From an uncultured archaeon (lineage in GTDB: Archaea > Asgardarchaeota > Lokiarchaeia > Sigyniarchaeales > SOKP01), in the NCBI GenBank assembly GCA_964508365.1, contig CAZDTP010000006.1, forward strand, positions 1-64,000: 64,000 nt of DNA, given 5' to 3'. Under the pieces are notes generated by a model. The model ran no database searches. It saw only the letters and a list, made by a program, of their open reading frames with translations, and had not been told where the DNA came from. Below, in pieces: positions 39,901 through 46,818 of the stretch (within the stretch, counting starts at the first letter, position 1; each line of letters begins with the position of its first letter). Position numbers and translations under genes: made by a program.

Positions 39901-41900
39901 AGCTTTTTAAAAAAGAAGATATGAAGAAATTAATGGAGACAAAGAAGATGGAAGCCTTTTCCATAATGGATAAGGCAGACCAACTATTAACAGAAGGGAA
40001 GTATGAAGAATCTATAGAAAATTATTATAAAGCAGAGTTAATCTTAATTCAGATTCAGTTTCCTATTGAAATAATAAAAGATACCATCATAAAAATTCAA
40101 GAAAAAAAACGGGAAGCCGACATATTAAAGCAACAAGAGTTAGAAAATGAAATTAGAAAACAAGAAAAAGAGAAACACTTTCTTCAGACTATTGCTGATA
40201 ACATGAAATACGAAGAAAAACAAATGAGAGTTAAACAAATTAAAATTAAAAAACAAGAAGACCTTAAATTACATTTGGAAAAACGCAAAGAAGCTGCTTT
40301 CGAATTGCTTGACGAAGCTGAATTATATATAAAGCGTGCAGATTACGATAAAGCATTAGAGTACTATCGAAGCGCGGAGTTAGTGCTAAATGAAATTAAC
40401 TACCCTACGAATTCGATTAAAGAGTCAATCGTTCAACTTAAAAAGAAGAAGAGAGTCCACGAATTCCAAAAACAAAAAGCACTTGAAAAAAAGCTTCAAA
40501 AAGAACGTGAGGAAATTGATTTTCAAAAGAGAGTCTCGCAAAATATCAGTAAAGAAAGAGAACGCTTAAAACTAAAAAAGATTGAAGATAAAAAATTAAT
40601 TTTAACACAAGCAATTATAGAAAGAAAAAAAGATGACGCTTTTAATATTTTAGATGAAGCTGAGCTACACATTAACAATTCTAACTTCGAATTAGCAATT
40701 ATGAGTTATAGGAAAGCTATGTTAATTCTTAATGAGATAAATTTTCCAACAGATTCCATTAGCGCTATGATCGTAAAGGCGGAAACGCTTAAAAAACAAA
40801 GAGAACAAGAAGAGGAGCTAAAGTTAAAAAGAGAATTAGAACGGCTGAAAGAGGAGAGGAATTTGGAAAATATCTTAAAGGAAAGAAGACGTCAAGAAAG
40901 AGAAAAGAAGAAAGCTCAGCAGATTGCAGCTAAACAAAGAGAAAGAATTATTCAAGACCAATTGACGTTTAGAGAAGCAGCATATTCTCTCTTAGAAGAT
41001 GGTGGAAAATATATTAAAATGAGCACTCCTGATTTCGATAAAGCAATATCTTTGTATATTCAAGCAAGAGATTTATTAGCTGAAAAAATAGGGTGGGAAC
41101 CCGAAATTACTAATTTAAACACTTTAATCAAGGATTTAATCCATGAAAAAGAACATTATTTAGAAAAGAAAAAAGCAGAAGAAGAAACTAACATTAAAAG
41201 ACAACAAGAATATGAACTTTTTCGCGAAGAGATGGAGAAACAACAAATGGAAACTGAACTTAGAAAAAGAGAACAACAAAAGAAATTTAAGAAGTTATAC
41301 GAAACTCAGAAACAAACTGAAAAAATAAGAGAAGAAGGATTAAAGCTTATAGATGAAGGGAAAGAATTAGCTACTAAATATGATTTTACGGCTGCATACA
41401 TGAAATTTAATACAGCGATTACTAAGTTTAAGGAAATTGGTTGGAGCGAACAAGCGAAATTTATTAAGAAAGAGATTGAGAATACGAGAGAATTTGAGCA
41501 AAATGTAATTGAAAGTGATCGGAAAATAAAAAGAATTCACCAAGAACTAGAAAACCAAAAGATAAAAGAAGATCGTAAAAAGAAACAAGAAGAACAAGAA
41601 ATTAAAAGCAAGATAAAAGAAGTGAGTGTTTTAGCAGGAGAAGTTTCAAACCTAATCAAAATTAAAAAAGAAAAAGAAGAGTTGCTGTCTCATCAAAGAA
41701 GAGAAATAGTTGTATCTAAATCTAAGGAATTCCGTAAGGACATGCAAAACTTATTAAATTTGAAGCAAGATTTAACACGGGAATTGTCTGAATCAAAAGC
41801 AGCATTAGAGAATAAGAAAAAAGAAGCTGAACTAGCAAAGGATAAAGAAAAGGCAGACGAAATAAAGAAAATGTTGAAGGATATATCAAAAAACAAATAA
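36975..41900 (+). CDS. 1641-aa protein of 14 MIT/TPR-like helical modules separated by E/K/R-rich helices
   Basis: Repeated A(F/Y)x(I/L)(L/I)(D/E)xAx(8-9)(F/Y)(D/E)xAIxxYxxAxxx(F/L)xxI(G/Q/N)(W/F/Y) motif, counted 14 times. Confidence 0.85.
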   Translation: MEGNEELAQEALRYLNLAQKFENEKNFEKAVESYDLAATYLKNSGFLMDKISDIYFRIEELKDFTKQEITYNQARAKNQLEQLQEQAFSLLDGAQKLEIDGFLEDAIEQYEAAIKLLIQTGWSEAQLSNLQSKLITLSENLRHHKVVTKTKIGEVQEQDNSQKEIKPQVVSAFGEKKSTVKAEELKKFKEMKQQEQEIQNDAFKFIDNAKFFENDKNFDKAIENYENAVKLLNSIGWHDQTKNINLVIEKLKNDKKEFEQFRTQKQIEPKFNKEQTDEYEGIRTHIYRDEEKIQIEAFNLVDFGKKLEREKKYDQAVNKFQKAIELFKSIEWDSYIQPVINFIKNIENKQSREEEEVILRQKREDQLKNLQDTIYFKEKDEIIETAKELDKRRFEYEQKRKENLRKEENLFIILDDADRILKEESDYNKAINRYTEALEYLKGLGPDWESNASTIEETILSIKNLEEYKVEKDLEHQTKLELRRKSDLEFQQLTSIELAKERAKIRQRESTLQEKIEESEQREKRKADAYKALDKADYYIKKSELDKAIAAYQNAGNIFASIQWNDELHLIENSIRELENRKREQLLTKQKEMMKSIEKFKVEQQFQEQISKQLRLEREQLKEKKILLRDHNAELMHREKRKDEAFRILENAHVYLEKGNFDKAIEFYQQVTGIFAEIQWYDEMERIGNAIIEIENKKRDVNLKKQRDMEILIKKEREDREFQEKVINEMNAKRKKLEEREIVKKERENELNFREMQKENAFKILDEAQNYLSLGEFELAIESYRNVNQIFAQIQWIDEITFINQTINKIENEKKEQEIRKQREFEQLIKEDAEHNQFLNNLKIQREREKRLIQKERDILETKKELSSQNALKQQEAFKIIEEADEFLAKENYDEAIDSYQNALKSLKDIGWTGKYISLLEESVRNLQFKKNERERQKLLEKEKLRKQVEEEREFERIVTESFQKEREKMLSKKIELFKKEDMKKLMETKKMEAFSIMDKADQLLTEGKYEESIENYYKAELILIQIQFPIEIIKDTIIKIQEKKREADILKQQELENEIRKQEKEKHFLQTIADNMKYEEKQMRVKQIKIKKQEDLKLHLEKRKEAAFELLDEAELYIKRADYDKALEYYRSAELVLNEINYPTNSIKESIVQLKKKKRVHEFQKQKALEKKLQKEREEIDFQKRVSQNISKERERLKLKKIEDKKLILTQAIIERKKDDAFNILDEAELHINNSNFELAIMSYRKAMLILNEINFPTDSISAMIVKAETLKKQREQEEELKLKRELERLKEERNLENILKERRRQEREKKKAQQIAAKQRERIIQDQLTFREAAYSLLEDGGKYIKMSTPDFDKAISLYIQARDLLAEKIGWEPEITNLNTLIKDLIHEKEHYLEKKKAEEETNIKRQQEYELFREEMEKQQMETELRKREQQKKFKKLYETQKQTEKIREEGLKLIDEGKELATKYDFTAAYMKFNTAITKFKEIGWSEQAKFIKKEIENTREFEQNVIESDRKIKRIHQELENQKIKEDRKKKQEEQEIKSKIKEVSVLAGEVSNLIKIKKEKEELLSHQRREIVVSKSKEFRKDMQNLLNLKQDLTRELSESKAALENKKKEAELAKDKEKADEIKKMLKDISKNK

Positions 41901-41912
41901 TCTCGTATTTTC

Positions 41913-43445
41913 CTAACCTATATCTCTATTATATACCCTCTTATATAATATGCTTGCGTAAATTAATCCTATAATATTAATTCCTAACAAAACCATAAAG
42001 GTGATATTACCATATTCAAAAACCAGTCTTACTAAAAAATTTCCTGATTCTTTGCTATGTAATTTTACTAATAAAAAATAATCTTGAAAAACGCTTGTAA
42101 AAACACCCAATCTTTTTAATCGACGATCTGGAATTATTTGGTTAATAGTATTAGAAATCATCGCAGGTATCCCGAACTCGTTAGGTTCACTGTGAAACAC
42201 ATACATTTCAGCTTTCGCTAGACCGAGCTGCACTAGTTCGAAATAATAGTGGTTAGGAGCCAGCCTAATTGGTAGACAATAAACGCTATAATTTTCATTA
42301 AGTAAAAATCCAATTTCAGTACTATCATTAATTAGAACAGGTGGTTCTAAGGCGTCTAAAGCAGCGTAACCTTGAACTACACCCCATCCTTGAACATTGT
42401 CCTGAAAAACTTTTGCATTTATAGTTTTAAGAGAAGTTAATGATATTATGCTTTTTATTTGCGATGGAGTGAGTGATTCATCCTTTTCAAGCATTAGAGC
42501 AGCTAACCCCGCGACGAATGGTGTAGCTCCCGAAGTTCCTGATCTAAAACTGTACTGGTTTAAAAGATCTATATCCGCACCATAAATCGCAACTGCAGGG
42601 GCACATACATCTGGTTTTTTAGTCATCTCAATAGTAGGGCCTTTAGCACTATACGGATACATGTTACCATCATAATCTACACCACCAACTGCAAGTGTTG
42701 CTTTATCAGAAGCGGGAGCGTTAATAGTTCTATCTCCATAAGCGGAATTGGGATTGCCATCATTACCTGCTGCTGCAATTACTAAAATTCCTATATCTGC
42801 AAGTCTTCGAGTAAGTTTCTGAATGTATAATATGGAAAAAATATTATCTGCTTCAGGTTTTGCTCCAAAGCTCATACTTACTATTCTAATATTAAATGTA
42901 TCCTTGTTTAGAAGAATCCAATTGATCGCATTCTCAAATATAGTTGCATTTGTTTCTCCACTACTATCAAAAATCCTCAATATGACAAATTTTATACCAG
43001 GTGCGACACCCCGATATTGACTTGAATTACCACCCAGAATAGATGCCGCCCATGTACCATGACCATAATCATCTTGTGGATAGTCAGAATTGTTATTAAT
43101 GAAATCAACGTACATAATAATCCTATCGGTCCAATTCAACTTCCCATCGTTAGTAAAAACGCTATGGTTGCAAAAAATACCAGTATCTACCATAGCAATA
43201 GTTACATTATTTCCGGTTAATCCATATTTATTATCAATGTCTCGTAGTCCAATATGATCGCTAGCATTGAATGTAGAGCTAAGTTCTAATTCATTAGGCA
43301 ATATCTGACGTGAGTTATCTACATTCCAACTAGTTAAGTGTAAATCGACTGGATGAGGAATATTATATCCGAAAATACCAATAATTAAAAATTGGGAAAT
43401 GGGAAAAGCTATAAAGATGATACAAATTAAACAAGGCTTTCTCAA
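41913..43445 (-). CDS. Subtilisin-like S8 serine peptidase with N- and C-terminal hydrophobic segments
   Basis: Catalytic triad VDTG / HGT / GTSGATP; oxyanion-hole AAGNDG. Confidence 0.92.
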   Translation of the reverse strand: MRKPCLICIIFIAFPISQFLIIGIFGYNIPHPVDLHLTSWNVDNSRQILPNELELSSTFNASDHIGLRDIDNKYGLTGNNVTIAMVDTGIFCNHSVFTNDGKLNWTDRIIMYVDFINNNSDYPQDDYGHGTWAASILGGNSSQYRGVAPGIKFVILRIFDSSGETNATIFENAINWILLNKDTFNIRIVSMSFGAKPEADNIFSILYIQKLTRRLADIGILVIAAAGNDGNPNSAYGDRTINAPASDKATLAVGGVDYDGNMYPYSAKGPTIEMTKKPDVCAPAVAIYGADIDLLNQYSFRSGTSGATPFVAGLAALMLEKDESLTPSQIKSIISLTSLKTINAKVFQDNVQGWGVVQGYAALDALEPPVLINDSTEIGFLLNENYSVYCLPIRLAPNHYYFELVQLGLAKAEMYVFHSEPNEFGIPAMISNTINQIIPDRRLKRLGVFTSVFQDYFLLVKLHSKESGNFLVRLVFEYGNITFMVLLGINIIGLIYASILYKRVYNRDIG

Positions 43446-43522
43446 AAAGAAACACCAAAAGAATTTAAATTTGCTTGAAGGATAATTAATATATATTATA
43501 ATAAAATTTAGGGATATTTAAA

Positions 43523-45100
43523 ATGACAGAAAACAAGGAAAATATCAAAAAATCCCGTATGTACGCCCGCCAACAATTAATTGACGGTTGGGATCAAGAA
43601 ATTGTAAGTAAAGGTTGTATTATGATTGTTGGTGTGGGAGCCTTAGGTTGCGAAATAGCAAAGGATTTTGCATTAATGGGTATTGGAAAATTAGTTTTAG
43701 TGGACCTTGACACCATTGAAACATCTAATTTGTCCCGTCAGATGTTATTCAAACCGGGGGATGAAGGTCGTCCTAAAGCAGAAGTCGCAGCTGAAAGACT
43801 TAAAGACATGAATCCTTTTTTGAAAGTCGATTTTTATTTTGAAAAACTCCAAAAATTACCAATGTCGGTGTACGAAGAATGCGATGTCATCATTGCCGCT
43901 TTAGATAACTTTAATGCAAGGTTAGATTTGAATAAGATTTGTCTTCGGATGAAAAAACCAATGGTAGAGGGAGGAACAGTAGGATTTGAAGGTCATGTAC
44001 AAATAGTCATTCCTAAAGATTCAGCACTCGAATATAAAAATAGAGAAATTGAAATCGAAAACATTGTAGAAACGAGAATGTGGGAATTTGATAATCCAGA
44101 GTACTTAGATGCACAAAAAGAAATCGAACAACTAGAATATTTGATAGAGCGGTTGAAGCAAGAGAAACTCGAACCATTTAGAAGGTTAGTAAGAAAACAG
44201 GTAGAAGCAGAATTTGATAACAAATATGCAGAGGATGTTTTGAATATAACGCCTTGTTACCGATGTTTAGTCCCGATTCCTCCTGCAGATGATAAGTTGA
44301 TTGCAGCGTGTACTTTAAAAGGGCTTCCAAGAAATAGAAACCATTGCGTTATAAAAGCTGAAGTCATTTTCGAAAAAGAATACGGTTTTAAACCTGATAT
44401 GAATGTTGATGACGATGTGGTAAAATTATTGGCTTTAGCTCAGAAAGAATTGGCAGAATTAAGGAACCGAGTTTTTAATGAAAATGTTCCTGAAGAAAAG
44501 TTAGAAACGCTTACGCCAGAAGAAATTAAAGAGTGGAAAGAAAATATTAAAGAGACTTTCGGAGAAGATTATAAATTTGAAGAAATGGAAAACATCTTAG
44601 GTAATAAAATTGCTGCTATTCAATCAGTAAGTTCTATAATTTCTAGCATTCAATCGCAAGAAGCCTTAAAATTGTTATTTCGATTACATGGAAGAAATAT
44701 TGGTCCACCTATGGATCCTCCTTATGTTAATTATAATGGCGTATATGGCCAATTTGATCATTTAGATATTATCAAACGAGAAGATTGTCTAGCGTGTGGA
44801 GATATTGAAGGTGAAGAAAATGTACAATTAGTCGTTCCTTTTGATGCCGATATAGGTTATATTTTCAAAGCTATGAGAATAATAGGTCATGCTTTAGAAC
44901 CCATTTTATGGATGATTACAAACCCTGTTAATAAAGAAATGTATTGGAATCCTTATATGAGCGGTGAATTTAAAGATCCAACTATAAAACTGACAACACT
45001 AAAAATAAAAAGCAACGATATAATAGCTCTCACTCCACTTGGAAAAGCAAAAGTAGAATCAGAAATTAAAAAATACAATGTGGTTATTACTTTCATGTAA
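43523..45100 (+). CDS. Ubiquitin-like-activating enzyme E1 (ThiF family, UBA3/UBA2-like)
   Basis: YARQ, VGVGALGC, DLDTIETSNLSRQ; Zn motifs PCYRC and DCLAC; catalytic-type Cys263 in IAACTLKGLPR. Confidence 0.9.
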   Translation: MTENKENIKKSRMYARQQLIDGWDQEIVSKGCIMIVGVGALGCEIAKDFALMGIGKLVLVDLDTIETSNLSRQMLFKPGDEGRPKAEVAAERLKDMNPFLKVDFYFEKLQKLPMSVYEECDVIIAALDNFNARLDLNKICLRMKKPMVEGGTVGFEGHVQIVIPKDSALEYKNREIEIENIVETRMWEFDNPEYLDAQKEIEQLEYLIERLKQEKLEPFRRLVRKQVEAEFDNKYAEDVLNITPCYRCLVPIPPADDKLIAACTLKGLPRNRNHCVIKAEVIFEKEYGFKPDMNVDDDVVKLLALAQKELAELRNRVFNENVPEEKLETLTPEEIKEWKENIKETFGEDYKFEEMENILGNKIAAIQSVSSIISSIQSQEALKLLFRLHGRNIGPPMDPPYVNYNGVYGQFDHLDIIKREDCLACGDIEGEENVQLVVPFDADIGYIFKAMRIIGHALEPILWMITNPVNKEMYWNPYMSGEFKDPTIKLTTLKIKSNDIIALTPLGKAKVESEIKKYNVVITFM

Positions 45101-45129
45101 AAGTTGTTTTTCTTTTATGTTAATTCCAA

Positions 45130-45756
45130 TCATATTCGTGAAAAATTTTTTATTTTTCTTACATGGTTAATAAGAGTGTCGATATGATAAGTCTCTACAC
45201 CTGCATTAGCTCCAGCTAATAAGTCTACTTCTAAATCGCCAAAATAGATTAATTCTTCAGTATTAACTTTGAAATGATCTAAGATTTTCAATAGACCTTC
45301 GGGTTCTGGTTTCCATTTTCTAACATCTTCTCGCCCTACAAAAAATTCAATTTCATCAAGGATTCCTGCCATTTCAAGTGATTTGAAAATAGTTGATCGT
45401 GTGTTTAATGAAAAAACTGCCAACTTAGCGTTATGAAATACTCCAAATAACTCTTTATTATTTATAAAAAAAAGGATCTCTTTAATGGGCTCGTTTCTCG
45501 TTATATTTTCAAGTTCGTATTGCTTTATAAGGTTAAAATTCAATTGAAGTTCTTCTTCATCCCCTTTCTCAACGATTCTAGATAAGATTGCCGACATACT
45601 ACTGTAATTGATAATTTCTCGATACTTTTCAGTAAATCGGGAAGTTAAAACCTTACGTAATGAATGCCAATCTGCAGCCAATCTTACAATAGTACCATCT
45701 AAGTCAAAAACAATAACTTTCTTACCTGTAAATGAGAATGGTATCTTTCTTGTCAT
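45130..45756 (-). CDS. HAD-superfamily hydrolase (phosphoglycolate phosphatase-like)
   Basis: FDLDGT, KPEPEG and FGDLEVD motifs. Confidence 0.9.
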   Translation of the reverse strand: MTRKIPFSFTGKKVIVFDLDGTIVRLAADWHSLRKVLTSRFTEKYREIINYSSMSAILSRIVEKGDEEELQLNFNLIKQYELENITRNEPIKEILFFINNKELFGVFHNAKLAVFSLNTRSTIFKSLEMAGILDEIEFFVGREDVRKWKPEPEGLLKILDHFKVNTEELIYFGDLEVDLLAGANAGVETYHIDTLINHVRKIKNFSRI

Positions 45757-45909
45757 GCGCTCGAAAAAATCTTCTTCTATTAGATATTAAATTCTTAACA
45801 ATTTTTTTTATTTTAATTTATAGCATCTTAAGTTTAACATATTATCTATAGGAAATATAAATTGATGGATAGTCTATAAAAAATAAGGGATAAAAAATTG
45901 TATTTAATC

Positions 45910-46419
45910 CTAATCCATGGCATATTTAGCAGTCCATGACTTAGCTTTTGCTTCAAACTTCTTTTGAGCTCTGAAATATTGCTCGCCCGCCTCGTGGTTA
46001 AGAGGGTCTCCTGGGTTAAAGAAGGGAGGTTCAACATGCATCATACCTTTTAAGGCTTCTGTGATATTAGTTAAGGTTTTTGAAGGTGTCCACCCAGATG
46101 CACCAGTTGAAGCGTCTACCTTGCCAACAAGGTCAGGATTAATCAGATCTAAACATATATTAAGTTTTCCTGGAGGAATGCTGCTATCTATATTAGGGTG
46201 CCACATTAATGTAACTGCGTATGCGTATGGAGGAGCAAATGGATAATTTTCAGGGAATTTGATTTCGAATATGAACTTTCCTTTTCCGTAGGGAGTTCCT
46301 TCCTTTCCTATTATTGTAAGTCGAAGGTGATCGATACTGCGCCCCCATGGTTCGATGATGACATTAGGATCATCCTTGTACGCTTCAATAGCTTCCGTAT
46401 AATCGGTTTCTTCTCGCAT
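45910..46419 (-). CDS. Ubiquitin-conjugating enzyme E2 (UBC fold)
   Basis: GTPY..G.F, FPENYPFAPP, WHPN, catalytic Cys89 (NICLDLI), WTP, PGDPLNHEAG. Confidence 0.93.
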   Translation of the reverse strand: MREETDYTEAIEAYKDDPNVIIEPWGRSIDHLRLTIIGKEGTPYGKGKFIFEIKFPENYPFAPPYAYAVTLMWHPNIDSSIPPGKLNICLDLINPDLVGKVDASTGASGWTPSKTLTNITEALKGMMHVEPPFFNPGDPLNHEAGEQYFRAQKKFEAKAKSWTAKYAMD

Positions 46420-46654
46420 TAAATTTCACTTCTGTTTTGAATTTTTTAAATTATATTAAATATTAGTTAGGGTTTTCTTTAAAAAAATTTGTGCTATTTT
46501 AGATTTTTATTATAAATAGAATATATTGCAAAAACTACCAAGATTGAAAAGATTTATTTTTGTAAATTATTAATTCCCTTCATTCATACAACATCTAAAA
46601 GAAAATCGTAAAAATTATATTACTACATTAATTAAAAAATATATCGAAACTTTA

Positions 46655-46806
46655 CCCCCCTTAGCTCAGTTGGTCAGAGCGCGCGGCTGTAGATCAATAT
46701 CGCATACTAAGGTTTTTACCTATGAAGTATTGTCAGCCGATACCGTGAGGTCCTCGGCTCAAATGGATTTTCCGTTTAGGATATTATGGGTATCCGAGAG
46801 GGGGGA
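46655..46806 (+). tRNA. trnY: tRNA-Tyr(GTA) with two introns (approx. 46693-46741 at 37/38 and 46764-46792 at 59/60)
   Basis: Acceptor CCCCCCT/AGGGGGG with C1-G72 and discriminator A; D-stem GCTC/GAGC; anticodon stem CGCGG/CCGTG with GTA; T-stem CTCGG/CCGAG. CCA is not encoded. Confidence 0.9.
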
Positions 46807-46818
46807 CTATTTTTTTTT

